Position numbers and translations under genes: made by a program. 64,000 nucleotides of DNA from IMG/VR virus record IMGVR_UViG_3300025732_000021, positions 32,001 to 96,000 of that record; one strand, written 5' to 3'. This stretch comes from a virus. The notes under the pieces are model-generated. The model worked only from the letters and a program-made list of their open reading frames with translations, was not told the origin of the DNA and did no database searches. Shown one piece after another: positions 44,850-55,025 of the stretch. Position 1 is the first letter of the stretch; every line of letters starts with the position of its first letter.

Positions 44850-46356
44850 TTTTTATCACATCCCCAAATGATCCAGATTCTATTACTTGTATTCTAATTC
44901 CATTATACTCTGCAATTTCACCTAATTTAAGTGAAGCGTTTGCATTATTTCCTTGTGATTTTGAATTCATATTATCTGCTCTAAGTATATTTTTATTTTT
45001 TGGCAATATTAATCTAATACCATCAGCATGATTTGTAAGAGACATATCAATAAAATAAACAAGAGCACCCTCTGAAACTTGTGGAAGTTTATAATTTATT
45101 CCCTCTGCTCTTTGTGATTCAATAACAATAGCCTTTGAATTACTTAAAGGAATAACAATCATTTTATCTCTTGTGCTTTTAACTGTAGATGGAGCAATAT
45201 AGGCTATTGATGTCTTTTCTTTATCTAAACAAATAACCTGAGAATCAGAAATAAAGCCAGCAATCCATTTATGCCAAGCAAGCAGATCAAATGTAGATGC
45301 CCAATTAATTAATCCCCACCATGATGGTGAATCATTTTGTGAATGATTATTATCATCAAAGCCAATTCCAACATGCATTAATTCATGCATCCACCATGTT
45401 GGCCATGAAAAATTTCTTTCTAAAGCAATGCTACCGCCACTTGGCATAATAGACCCAACAACATAACCTTCATCTGTTAAAAATCTATTTAGACCTACTT
45501 GATCACCAATTATTTTATTTGTAGATGGTGGAAATAAAATTAATGCAATATTTGATCCAGAAAAATTAATCTTAGAATCTACAGCCTTGACTAAATCACT
45601 TGTAAACCTTTGTGCAGAAGATTCACTTCTTTCGTGTATTAAGTTATATGACGATATGTTTCCAGGCATATAAATATAATTATTAGGCACTCTAAATTCT
45701 ACATTAGATCCATTATCTGATGCCTGCTTAGTCCAAGCAGTAATGAAATCAAAATATTTTTTAAAATCATCATTAGGATTTGTTTTAGAGTTTGGTATGT
45801 CATCAGAATATAAAGGAATAACCTGATAAATAGTATTTGGCGAAGGATGTTTTAGTGATGTTTGCCAGTATGAGTCCCAAGTTTTAAATCCTAAAACATT
45901 TCCTTTATTTCTAGATTGTTCAATTTTGCATTGAGAAAGATTTAAATTAGACTTATCTGTTTGTGTTGTTGGTAACTCTATTAAGGGTTGAGTATTTGGT
46001 ATCCTGAGTGCACTTAAACAACCGCCACCGTTAATATGTTTTCTTTCAAAATCTTTCCATTCTGTTGGAGTATTTGGATCAAGATCGCATGGACTGTTAA
46101 AATATTTTTTAGTAACATTTGGTTTAGTATTAATAGTTGCAGATGGTGTTGGTGTTGGTTTTATGGTTGGCGCTATTGTAGGAACTACATCTAATTTTGC
46201 CCATCTATAAACATTATCAATCTTTTTACAAATAAAACCATCTTTAATTTTATTTAATTGATTTTTTGGACATGCCTTTAATGGTGTTGCTGCGTTAACG
46301 CAAGATGGTAATAATAAAGAAAATGATAAGACGAAAGTTATAAATATTTTTTTCAT
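44833..46356 (-). CDS. secreted zinc metalloprotease (M6-like)
   Basis: Signal peptide, PT linker, HELMH (HExxH), W.KW.AG, IESQR...GALVY. Confidence 0.7.
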   Translation of the reverse strand: MKKIFITFVLSFSLLLPSCVNAATPLKACPKNQLNKIKDGFICKKIDNVYRWAKLDVVPTIAPTIKPTPTPSATINTKPNVTKKYFNSPCDLDPNTPTEWKDFERKHINGGGCLSALRIPNTQPLIELPTTQTDKSNLNLSQCKIEQSRNKGNVLGFKTWDSYWQTSLKHPSPNTIYQVIPLYSDDIPNSKTNPNDDFKKYFDFITAWTKQASDNGSNVEFRVPNNYIYMPGNISSYNLIHERSESSAQRFTSDLVKAVDSKINFSGSNIALILFPPSTNKIIGDQVGLNRFLTDEGYVVGSIMPSGGSIALERNFSWPTWWMHELMHVGIGFDDNNHSQNDSPSWWGLINWASTFDLLAWHKWIAGFISDSQVICLDKEKTSIAYIAPSTVKSTRDKMIVIPLSNSKAIVIESQRAEGINYKLPQVSEGALVYFIDMSLTNHADGIRLILPKNKNILRADNMNSKSQGNNANASLKLGEIAEYNGIRIQVIESGSFGDVIKIEPTR

Positions 46357-46371
46357 ATCTTTAGTATATAC

Positions 46372-46905
46372 TTAAATGCTCAGAATGTCAATAGGACCTT
46401 TACATGACATAGAATGATTAATTGCAGCATTTACTGCAAGTACCGCTCTTTTCCTTGCATCCTTTTGCTTTTGTGTTGAATATAAAGATCCCAATGCCAA
46501 GTCTCCACCAGATCCCATAGCAAGATAATCTTGTTCATACTGAGTTAATGACATATCTCCAGCATTGTGTTCATATATTTTTCCACGAATACAAATAATC
46601 ATTCCAAAGTCTGATGATGGAGATGTATCAACCCACCAACCTTCATAAAAATTACGAAGTGCTTTTAGGAATTTACTATACATAAATTTATCAATACTGC
46701 CACGACCTTCAAATGCTGGGGGAACAAATAAGTGTTTTATTCTATCTCCATCCATAGAGCCAGCATATCCAAATAAATATCCTTCTTTTTTCCATATTTT
46801 AGGACTTGAAGATACATTAATAACATTATCATCAGAAACTCCACGGTCTCCTGCCATCCAAAGTTTATTGTTTATATTATCACGTACGACTGCTATGCAA
46901 GTCAT
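46372..46905 (-). CDS. Ntn-hydrolase / HslV-like threonine peptidase
   Basis: N-terminal (M)TCIAV, AGD, KIW, GYAGS, AMGSGG..ALG. Confidence 0.8.
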   Translation of the reverse strand: MTCIAVVRDNINNKLWMAGDRGVSDDNVINVSSSPKIWKKEGYLFGYAGSMDGDRIKHLFVPPAFEGRGSIDKFMYSKFLKALRNFYEGWWVDTSPSSDFGMIICIRGKIYEHNAGDMSLTQYEQDYLAMGSGGDLALGSLYSTQKQKDARKRAVLAVNAAINHSMSCKGPIDILSI

Positions 46906-46960
46906 TGTAGCCTTTCTGATTGTTTAATATCAGTATATCAGGAAATATTTTTTATGTCAA

Positions 46961-47548
46961 CTACTTTTTTATTTCTTGTCCACATTCTGAACAAGTTTTT
47001 GGCTTAGAGGTTTTATTAGGTAATGTATTAGATTTATTTTCTTTTACAGCACCAAATTTTGGACGACCAAAGCCTACGATAGAAATCATTTCTCCAGCCT
47101 TATTTTTCTTATATGCACGAAGTTTCTTTGAAACCTGTCCACCATTTCTTTGGCTACCCTTTTTATCTGGGCTTGTATTTCCTTCAATGCACCATACAGT
47201 TCCATCTTCATTGTCTGCAATAACAATACCAACATGTGAGATTCTATCAACACCATCTGATGGAAAGTCAAAGTAAGCAATATCGCCTGGTTCTGGATCT
47301 GCTACATCGCCATCAATCCAAGCACCAGCCTTCTTAAATGCTGCTGCGCCTCCTGGAGTATAAACAGTATTAGGAACCTTTACTCCTGCTTCATTTGCAC
47401 ACCACATAACAAATGAGCCACACCATGGCTGAAAGTTTGCTTTAGTAAAAGCACCATACTTTGTTTCGTTATCTTTTGGACCTTCAATAGTTCCCAATTC
47501 ACCTTTAGCAACTTCAATAAGTCGTGCTGCTGTACCTTGTTCTGCCAT
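46961..47548 (-). CDS. CHAP-domain endolysin
   Basis: QPWCGSFVMW, PGDIAYF, SHVGIV, IEGNT. Confidence 0.85.
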   Translation of the reverse strand: MAEQGTAARLIEVAKGELGTIEGPKDNETKYGAFTKANFQPWCGSFVMWCANEAGVKVPNTVYTPGGAAAFKKAGAWIDGDVADPEPGDIAYFDFPSDGVDRISHVGIVIADNEDGTVWCIEGNTSPDKKGSQRNGGQVSKKLRAYKKNKAGEMISIVGFGRPKFGAVKENKSNTLPNKTSKPKTCSECGQEIKK

Positions 47549-47550
47549 GA

Positions 47551-47994
47551 TTACTCCTTATGCCAATCTAAATCAACTGGTTGCTCTTCTGGCATTTGAC
47601 CATCTGGTTTAGCAGCAAGTCTTGCCATAGTAGCATCAATTTCTGCTTGAGCCTTATTCTCAGCAATTTCCAGTTCTGATTCAAGTTTCTTATCAGCCTG
47701 TGTATTTTTTGCATCCATTTCTTTATTAGATAATTGTGCTGCCATAATATCTTTAGCACCAGACTGCCCAATTAATAGTCCTGCTAATGTTCCTGTAATG
47801 AATGTTGCAACTGATCCAAGCACATTGAAGAACATCTTATCATTTTCTGATTGTGCTCCAACTGGTTGTGTAACAAACAACAAACCATATAAAATTCCAA
47901 GTGCTGTAAATAAAAGAATTCCTCCAAGAATTAATCCTAGGGTAAACTTTAAACGAGCATCCAACTCTGCTGGTGTTAATCTTTCTTTAGCCAT
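47551..47994 (-). CDS. two-TM membrane protein (holin-like)
   Basis: Two hydrophobic helices, directly upstream of the endolysin. Confidence 0.6.
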   Translation of the reverse strand: MAKERLTPAELDARLKFTLGLILGGILLFTALGILYGLLFVTQPVGAQSENDKMFFNVLGSVATFITGTLAGLLIGQSGAKDIMAAQLSNKEMDAKNTQADKKLESELEIAENKAQAEIDATMARLAAKPDGQMPEEQPVDLDWHKE

Positions 47995-48202
47995 TTTTCT
48001 TTCCGTTCTGGTATTCGTCCCATACTGTTTTTCCTACTAGATCCCGTGAACAAGTTCCAGAAGGTTCACAAACTGGTGGATTGCATTCCTTTGCTTCCCA
48101 GTTTGCTGGGTCTTGGCAAGGGTAACGATAAAAACCGCTATACCCACAGCCACTAAGACTTAATATAAGTATACACGATAGTAAAATATGACGAATTCTC
48201 AT
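47987..48202 (-). CDS. small Cys-rich lipoprotein
   Basis: Lipobox LSGC; YPCQDPANW..ECNPPVC...GTC. Confidence 0.7.
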   Translation of the reverse strand: MRIRHILLSCILILSLSGCGYSGFYRYPCQDPANWEAKECNPPVCEPSGTCSRDLVGKTVWDEYQNGKKNG

Positions 48203-48222
48203 GTCAACATTATACCAATTTA

Positions 48223-48432
48223 TTATTCTTTTTCTTCACGAAGCGGGATTGTAATAAGCCATATGGCTATTGATATTAATGTGGCTACCCCCACTACCTG
48301 CTGGGCGGTACCTGTAAGGGTAAGCCAAGCAATAAAGAAGCCAAGAATGGTAAATACCTGGGCTATGCTCTCAATAACAGCAGCCTTAAGCCACTTTAGT
48401 AAACCCTTAACTATCTTTTTAATCATGTTCAT
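48223..48432 (-). CDS. small two-TM membrane protein
   Basis: Two hydrophobic helices. Confidence 0.65.
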   Translation of the reverse strand: MNMIKKIVKGLLKWLKAAVIESIAQVFTILGFFIAWLTLTGTAQQVVGVATLISIAIWLITIPLREEKE

Positions 48433-48433
48433 A

Positions 48434-50068
48434 TTATAACCTCCTTAGTGACATAACTGAACTAACAATATTCCCTACCAAAATAACAGGAATAACTACT
48501 TCCTGAACCTTTTCTCTTTGATCATCTGTCATATCCTTACCCCATTCTGTAGGACTTAATAACTTTTCAAAGTCTATATCTATTAGTACTCCAAGTGGAT
48601 CAGCCAAAAATGCTTCTGTTTGTATTTCTGTAATTGCATCTGCTAATGTATAAGGCATTGGAGCATTTTGATTTTGTGCTGCTTTATCCGTAAATTGAAC
48701 TACGGCTGCTGCAACTGCAGGGTTTTCTTTTGCTATCTCTGCTATCAGTGCTACTTCTTCTGTTTTAATACCCAAATCTTTTGCCAATTCTTTTGACTGC
48801 CCTGGATTTAATTCAGTTAAAAATGTTGATACTGCTGACATTAATTTAGCATCATTAACACTAATTAGTTTGTTTAACTTTTTAAGTTCCTCGTCAGAAA
48901 TAGGATCGCTATCTGTGTTATTATTATCTGGTGTTACTACAAGATCTTCGTCAACAGGTTGCTCAGGTTCAGGTTCTGGGCTTGGATCTGTATCCTCTGG
49001 CTGAGATGAAGGCTCTTGTGAAGGTTCTGGAGTTGGATCAGTCTCTTCGTTCTCCCCATTTGTGGTATCAGGACTTGGAGTTGGATTGGGATCGTCTGGT
49101 TGAGTTTGCTCATCATCTGGCCAACGGGGATCGTCTGGTGTAATAACTTCTGGGTCAACTTCAATATCAGGGTCAGGCAAATCAGGGTTTTCTGTAGAGT
49201 CAGGAGTAGGATCAACAGATGGTTCTGGATCAACAGATGGCTCTGGATCTGGTGTAGTTACAGTAGAACCATCACTATTAATGGAAGCAATAAGGCTATT
49301 TAAATCAGCAATATCACTAGCAAGTTGTGCTGCCTCTGCTACTTGTGCTTGCTGTTCTTCAGCCGTTATAGGCGTTTGTGAGGGCGTTGGAGTTGGAGTA
49401 GGGGTAGGGCTTAGGGTTGGATCTGGAATAGGCTCTGGAGCCAATGTAGGCGTTGGGCTTCCAGCCTGCACCTGTGTTGCCCCCCAAGCCTCAAGGGAAA
49501 CTATAGATCCATCATGTAGACGAACACCTGTTCTAAGATTATTATATTCTGGCCCTTGATAACTATAGGATACTGCAAGACTGCCTGTATTAGTAATGGC
49601 AACTAATATATTTACAGTACTTGGCTGTGCTCCATAATTGCCATATGGAACCATATTAAGATTTAACTGAAAACCACCTTCTGAATAATAAATATCCAAA
49701 CCAGATGTCCCACTTGCTCCTGGAAACCAATCCATAGAATATAGGGAAATAGATGGTGTGGATGGGTAAGTCCAATATGTACCATCAGGTTGACCAAATG
49801 TAATTACTGAGTTAGTTGTTGCATAAATGTTTTCATACTGTACCCCGTCAAAAGTCACGGTAGTTGCAATTGGAATTTGATAAGAAACATCATCACCAGA
49901 ACATGTATCCATTGTATGAACTGTTGGTTCTGCATCACCTTCGTATGCTGCTGCTATAGTTTGTGATTGTATAAAATTAATGCATGTTGCGTTTGCATTT
50001 TCTGGAAGCCAAAGATTGAATCCAAATGCTAATAAACTTGCTGATAATATTCTGATTAATTTTTTAAT
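48434..50068 (-). CDS. large exported protein: signal peptide, beta-rich (nidogen-like) domain, Pro/Asp-rich stalk, C-terminal anchor; probable ATT start
   Basis: Frame stays open 52 codons upstream of ATG 49912 and encodes IKKLIRILSASLLAFGFNLWLPENANA; GGAGG/GAAAGGA upstream. Confidence 0.7.
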   Translation of the reverse strand: MKKLIRILSASLLAFGFNLWLPENANATCINFIQSQTIAAAYEGDAEPTVHTMDTCSGDDVSYQIPIATTVTFDGVQYENIYATTNSVITFGQPDGTYWTYPSTPSISLYSMDWFPGASGTSGLDIYYSEGGFQLNLNMVPYGNYGAQPSTVNILVAITNTGSLAVSYSYQGPEYNNLRTGVRLHDGSIVSLEAWGATQVQAGSPTPTLAPEPIPDPTLSPTPTPTPTPSQTPITAEEQQAQVAEAAQLASDIADLNSLIASINSDGSTVTTPDPEPSVDPEPSVDPTPDSTENPDLPDPDIEVDPEVITPDDPRWPDDEQTQPDDPNPTPSPDTTNGENEETDPTPEPSQEPSSQPEDTDPSPEPEPEQPVDEDLVVTPDNNNTDSDPISDEELKKLNKLISVNDAKLMSAVSTFLTELNPGQSKELAKDLGIKTEEVALIAEIAKENPAVAAAVVQFTDKAAQNQNAPMPYTLADAITEIQTEAFLADPLGVLIDIDFEKLLSPTEWGKDMTDDQREKVQEVVIPVILVGNIVSSVMSLRRL

Positions 50069-50120
50069 TTTCCTTTCTTCCTCCAGTTATAATAAGATTA
50101 TTATAACATTATATTAAAAC

Positions 50121-50149
50121 AAAAAAAGGCGTAGAAATTAATCTACGCC
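50121..50149 (-). terminator. intrinsic terminator
   Basis: GGCGTAGA/TCTACGCC stem with T7 on the minus strand. Confidence 0.8.
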
Positions 50150-50168
50150 CTTAATGTTTAAGTTTTAA

Positions 50169-51317
50169 TTACTTAAGTGTGGCAACCTTAGCCTTTGGAT
50201 TAGCCTTGTTCCACTTTGCAGCAAGAGAATTAAATGCCTTCTTGATTGCAGCGAGTGCAACATCATTGTCAGCCTTTACCTTTGCAAGTTCTACAGCGTG
50301 TGCAGCAGTTGCATCAGCAAGAGCCTTATCAGCAGCAGCCTTTGCAGTTACAGCATCAGCCTTTAACTTAGCAACTTCAGCATTAGCCTTAACAAGTTCT
50401 GCAGCAGCAGTGATTGCAGCAGCAGCAGCCTTGTCTTGTTCTGCCTTTACAGCAGCAGCAAGAGCAGCAGCAGCAGTAGTTGCATCAGCAGCACGAGCAG
50501 CCTTTTCTGCAGCAAGCGCAGCATTAGCAACAGCAAGTGCAGATGAAAGATCAGACACTGTTACGATTGCAGTCTGTGAAGTTGTAGCCAACTTAATTGT
50601 TGGAACTGATGTAGGTGCAGTAATAGATGCACCGACAGCAACGCTTCCAGCAGTTGCAGGAAGTGTAATATCTGATGTGTAACGACCTGTTACAAGAGCA
50701 TCAGCAGTTACTGTTCCAGCAGTTGCGCCACCAAGAGTAGTTACTGTCACTGTATCAGCAACAGCGTTTCCAAAGATATCTGCAACATCAAAAGTTGCTG
50801 TTACCTTACCAGAAATGTTTCCTGAAGCAGGAATTGACATCTTAAGATCGTATGCAGGACCTGCAACACCCTTAAGATAGATTGTTGTTGCTGCACCAGT
50901 TACAGAAACTGTAACAGCAGAAGCAGCAGTTGTAGTTGTATATGCATATACAGTCGCTGTTGTTGAAGCAGGTGTGACTGTGATTGATGAGGATCCAGCA
51001 GATGCATTAACTGTTGAACCAATTGCAGAGACGAGGCGTGTATTTGCACCTACTGCTGTAAATGTCACTGGTGTTCCAGCAACTACAGTTGCAGTAAGAA
51101 GCAATGCTTCGTTGTTTGTTACAGTTGTGGTATCTGCAACGCTTACTACGTTATCAGAAGGAACCTTAACTGTGAATGGTGAGGCTGCAGTACCTGCGCC
51201 AGAAATTTCTGTTGTTACGTCTACAGAAACGGTATTGGCACTTGCAGGTGTCACTACTAATGTGCCCAGTGTCATGGCTGCAACCACGGCAAGAGCGATC
51301 TTCTTAAATGAATTCAT
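50169..51317 (-). CDS. secreted Ala/Thr/Val-rich surface protein (Ig-like region plus Ala-rich coiled coil)
   Basis: MNSFKKIALAVVAAMTLGTLVVTPASA signal; AGGAGA SD; own terminator. Confidence 0.75.
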   Translation of the reverse strand: MNSFKKIALAVVAAMTLGTLVVTPASANTVSVDVTTEISGAGTAASPFTVKVPSDNVVSVADTTTVTNNEALLLTATVVAGTPVTFTAVGANTRLVSAIGSTVNASAGSSSITVTPASTTATVYAYTTTTAASAVTVSVTGAATTIYLKGVAGPAYDLKMSIPASGNISGKVTATFDVADIFGNAVADTVTVTTLGGATAGTVTADALVTGRYTSDITLPATAGSVAVGASITAPTSVPTIKLATTSQTAIVTVSDLSSALAVANAALAAEKAARAADATTAAAALAAAVKAEQDKAAAAAITAAAELVKANAEVAKLKADAVTAKAAADKALADATAAHAVELAKVKADNDVALAAIKKAFNSLAAKWNKANPKAKVATLK

Positions 51318-51343
51318 TTTTCTCCTTTTATTATTCATTTGGC

Positions 51344-53128
51344 TTATATTGTTTTTAGTCTATCCAAATAGTTATTTATTTGTTCTATTTGACTAGGTTT
51401 ATATTGTATCACGTTCTCAGGGAGCGTGTCAACTCTACGTGGTTTATCTTTAAAGGTATGAACTTCAACTTCAAGGTTTTGATCTCTTGGTGTATAAGAA
51501 ATAGCACCAAAAATAGAACCACACACAGCATCTGCTAAGTCTTTTGACAGTTTCCTGGGGTGATCTACCTTATCTGTTTTTGTAATTTTAAGTTCTGTTA
51601 ACTCTTCAAACAAAAGTTCTACAGCAGGCATAGCCAATCTTTCTTCATATACAAGCATAGCCATATCTTCATAATGTTTTTTTGCTACAGATACAGTTTC
51701 TGTCCTCATCCCAACAGCCTGTAATTCGTTTTGAATATCGAATGATTGCCATCGGTCAAATGTCACTAATCCAATATTAAACCCTATTCTACGTAAATTT
51801 TGAATCCATTGTTTTACTTCGGATAAGTTTACTGGCCCTTCTATTCTTGGTTCCCACCAAGCAACGGCATCTACTACTACAACTGGAGATATTTGTTCAT
51901 AATCTTTAATTACCTGAACGTTTACCCATTTCTCTACATGTGCAATTGCGACAGCACACTTGTCATGTTTTTGAGCAAGGTCAGCATGAACATAATAAAC
52001 TTTTTCTGGATCTGGTTTAAACCCTGCATCAAATCTTCTAAAATTATCCAATGGGTTTCTAATAGTCATACATGCTCTTACCTTATCAGCCTGTTTAAAA
52101 AATGCATCTGATGCATATGTAGGAACACATGCAAAACGCATCATTGCATCACCAAGATCTGTCATAAATGCAATTTTAAAATCATCAACTTTTCTTGTAG
52201 GATTAACTTCCCACGTTGCTCTTTTTAATGCAAATACTCCAGGATATTTATATGATTTAATTTCATCATAATCCCAAGTAATTTCAAACCAATTATCTTT
52301 ATCATCTTCTGGAAGTAATGGATTAATAATAAATCTATGTGTTTTTGCTATAGTTTCTTTTTCTGCAATCACAGCATCATATCTTTCAGAAATAAAGTCA
52401 CCATTAAAACGTGGAAAAGATAGAAGAACTACTTTGCCAAGATCAGGGAAACGAGAATCCACAGATCCACGAAATGCCTTGTATATATTATCTGCTGTTT
52501 TACCTTGCTCATTACCGCTTTGTAATTCTGTTGCAAATCCAGAAATCTCATCAAGAACTGCCAGCAAAAGATTTAAACCCTCATGAGATTCTTTTTCTGA
52601 ATGTCCAGAGTAAACTGTTATTGATTTATTAAAACTAATAGAAGAAACCTTTGCTTCATATTTTCCAGCAAACCACGGAGACTTTTCAATTTTAGTTGCA
52701 AATCCTTTAAAGAAAACGTTTTTAGCCTGTTGAGCATTAATAGCAACGTTAATAAGATCTATGGCATCTCCACTGGGTTTACCGAAATATCTTGCTGGAT
52801 CCTTAAGGCATAGTAACTTATACACAATGTAAGCACAAGCAACAGTAGAAGTAAAATCTTTTCCACTACCCTTGCCAAGTTGAAGAATGATTTCATTTTT
52901 AGTATATTTATTATAATAGTCAGCACCTTCTTTATCACCCATTATTCTTTGTAAGTCTTCTTGTTTATATATCTGACTCATTGCTTCAACAATATCGTAT
53001 TGTGCATCTGACAATGGTGGTTGACCTAAATAGTCTGGAGACTCAACAAATGTTTTTACATCAACAGGAATCTCTTCAAAATGATTATCCTTTAATGCTT
53101 CTAAAAAATCATCAAACATCGTGGACAA
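51344..53128 (-). CDS. terL: terminase large subunit
   Basis: GKGSGKD Walker A, LLAVLDE Walker B, HADLA..D and DHP..SKDLADA nuclease motifs. Confidence 0.85.
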   Translation of the reverse strand: MSTMFDDFLEALKDNHFEEIPVDVKTFVESPDYLGQPPLSDAQYDIVEAMSQIYKQEDLQRIMGDKEGADYYNKYTKNEIILQLGKGSGKDFTSTVACAYIVYKLLCLKDPARYFGKPSGDAIDLINVAINAQQAKNVFFKGFATKIEKSPWFAGKYEAKVSSISFNKSITVYSGHSEKESHEGLNLLLAVLDEISGFATELQSGNEQGKTADNIYKAFRGSVDSRFPDLGKVVLLSFPRFNGDFISERYDAVIAEKETIAKTHRFIINPLLPEDDKDNWFEITWDYDEIKSYKYPGVFALKRATWEVNPTRKVDDFKIAFMTDLGDAMMRFACVPTYASDAFFKQADKVRACMTIRNPLDNFRRFDAGFKPDPEKVYYVHADLAQKHDKCAVAIAHVEKWVNVQVIKDYEQISPVVVVDAVAWWEPRIEGPVNLSEVKQWIQNLRRIGFNIGLVTFDRWQSFDIQNELQAVGMRTETVSVAKKHYEDMAMLVYEERLAMPAVELLFEELTELKITKTDKVDHPRKLSKDLADAVCGSIFGAISYTPRDQNLEVEVHTFKDKPRRVDTLPENVIQYKPSQIEQINNYLDRLKTI

Positions 53129-53645
53129 TTGTAATTACCTCATCTTTTTTAGCAATGTCTGAAAGTCTACGCATGATCTCATCACGAATTTCTGGATACT
53201 CAGAAGCAATATCTCGTAATATACTCATCAAAACTTCTTGCTTTTTTTCTATTTCTAACATTTCTTCTGCTAATTCTTTATTTTCAAGTAGGCCTGCTTT
53301 TTGCAACATATCAATTCTTTTAGATTCAATATCCATAACTAACTTTATTGCTGCGGTCTTTGCGCTTAAATTATTAGTTAATGATGCTTCATCAATAACT
53401 TCATATGATTTACTAATAAGTTTATTATAGTGTGTATCAGCAGTAGCCAATGCTTCTTTTGCACGGGCACGAATGGCATCATTTGCAGACACCATAACTT
53501 TCCATTCATTGATATGCTGGACTACACGAGTACGTGGTATAGAAAGATCTTTAGAAATTTTAGTAGCATCATTTCCCTTTAGATATTCTCCTACTACTAT
53601 ATTTATTTCATCTAAATGTTTAATTAAGTCTTCTTCAGTCGACAT
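53112..53645 (-). CDS. HTH/helical protein, candidate terminase small subunit
   Basis: N-terminal HTH (ATKISKDLSIPRTRV), directly upstream of terL. Confidence 0.55.
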   Translation of the reverse strand: MSTEEDLIKHLDEINIVVGEYLKGNDATKISKDLSIPRTRVVQHINEWKVMVSANDAIRARAKEALATADTHYNKLISKSYEVIDEASLTNNLSAKTAAIKLVMDIESKRIDMLQKAGLLENKELAEEMLEIEKKQEVLMSILRDIASEYPEIRDEIMRRLSDIAKKDEVITIVHDV

Positions 53646-53991
53646 GTCCGTATGCTTCCTGCATTTTTAACTCTTTTGCCTTTGCTATTTTTAATAAAAC
53701 AAGGTATCCAATAAGATCGTCAATATCGTTATCACCAACATACTCTGTGCCACGCATTATCCTACTTAACTTATCGTCTATACGTACATGTAATTGTTCT
53801 CTTGCATCAGCCCTGCTAAAAACACGAACTGGCTCTAATGCGGAATTACCATATGCTATATTTTTTTTAATAAGCATATGTGCAATTTCATGACAAGACT
53901 CATATATTTCTTTACCTGCAGATGTACCTACTGTTAGTAAATATAAATCATCACATCTAAAATTATCAATATCTGGAAATACTGGATTCAT
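53635..53991 (-). CDS. nucleotide-modification-associated domain (DUF1599-like)
   Basis: KKNIAYGNS, RIDDKLSR, DLIGYLVL. Confidence 0.75.
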   Translation of the reverse strand: MNPVFPDIDNFRCDDLYLLTVGTSAGKEIYESCHEIAHMLIKKNIAYGNSALEPVRVFSRADAREQLHVRIDDKLSRIMRGTEYVGDNDIDDLIGYLVLLKIAKAKELKMQEAYGHVD

Positions 53992-54143
53992 CGTTTTGAT
54001 TTCCTCAATCCAAATTTAGCAAGATATACGTATACTGTTTCCACTGTAACACCACACTCCTTTGCTATGGCTTCTGGAGATTTTTTATCAACATGATATC
54101 TCTTTTTTAGCCATAGTTCGTTTGTATATAGTTTAGCACCCAT
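53988..54143 (-). CDS. small HTH protein
   Basis: WLKKRY...SPEAIAKECGVT. Confidence 0.7.
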   Translation of the reverse strand: MGAKLYTNELWLKKRYHVDKKSPEAIAKECGVTVETVYVYLAKFGLRKSKR

Positions 54144-54154
54144 AATATATCCTG

Positions 54155-54754
54155 TCAAATTGCCTTTTCCCAATTATTTATAGCCCAGTGACCTATTCCT
54201 GCTGAGTCTGCAACATCATTGTCTGTTATTTTTTTATCATAAATAACATCTAATAATTTAATGGTTCTTTGTTTTCTAAAGTCTCTTTCATATGTTTTAT
54301 ACCATGATGATGATTTTCCTGGATTAGCGGATCTAATATTTAACTGTTCTTCTTTAGTTAATTTTTTATTTCCTAAGTAAGACTGCCATGTTATTGGAGA
54401 AACCTTACCAATAATTTTAATACCAGCCAGCCCAGCACCGCCTATTATCGCACCTTGAACAAGAGCAAGGTCTGCTGCAGTTTTTGGAGAATTCATAAAA
54501 ACAGTATGCTCAATAATTATTGCTTCAACTAAGTTATAATGGTCAAATAATGCTTTTGTTTTTTTATTTGCATCTATAACTTTTTGATAGATATCTTTAC
54601 CTTTAAATTCTATTTTTCCATGTTCTGATAAGTTTTTATATGAGTAAATTGTAAATGCTAAACTTGTAGTGCTTGCGTCTATTGCACAAATAACTCCTGG
54701 CTGACTAGATAAATCATCTCTAAAATATCTATCTGTCTCTAAAGCCTTAGCCAT
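54155..54754 (-). CDS. RuvC-like Holliday junction resolvase
   Basis: AIDAS, IIIE, DVADSAGI. Confidence 0.75.
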   Translation of the reverse strand: MAKALETDRYFRDDLSSQPGVICAIDASTTSLAFTIYSYKNLSEHGKIEFKGKDIYQKVIDANKKTKALFDHYNLVEAIIIEHTVFMNSPKTAADLALVQGAIIGGAGLAGIKIIGKVSPITWQSYLGNKKLTKEEQLNIRSANPGKSSSWYKTYERDFRKQRTIKLLDVIYDKKITDNDVADSAGIGHWAINNWEKAI

Positions 54755-55025
54755 TTGATAATCCTTTAATTTGTTTTATTGCTTTTTTAACGTCATTTGG
54801 ATTAACAGAACAATTATTACATAACAAATCATCATTATATATTGATAACTTTGATCCACATTTTTTGCATAATCTATTTCTGCCTTTTCTTTTTTGTCTT
54901 CTAGTCTGAATATATCTTTGACTTATTTTTTCTTTTGTAGCAGATTCCCTGCATTCTGGAGAACAATAAATCTGATAAGAAACTGTTGGCTCAAAAGTAT
55001 GATCGCACCAATTACAACTTTTCAT
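54747..55025 (-). CDS. zinc-finger protein
   Basis: CNWC...YCSPEC...CKKC...CNNC. Confidence 0.75.
   Translation of the reverse strand: MKSCNWCDHTFEPTVSYQIYCSPECRESATKEKISQRYIQTRRQKRKGRNRLCKKCGSKLSIYNDDLLCNNCSVNPNDVKKAIKQIKGLSNG

Noticed and set aside
48950-49460. Tandem-like DNA repeats (e.g. GATCAACAGATGG twice)
   Set aside because: They reflect the Pro/Thr/Asp/Glu-rich protein linker, not an independent DNA element
50179-50682. 167-aa Ala-rich plus-strand ORF (likewise 50974..51396, 61268..61657, 30171..30488, 49281..49559)
   Set aside because: Antisense shadows of well-supported minus-strand genes, caused by codon bias
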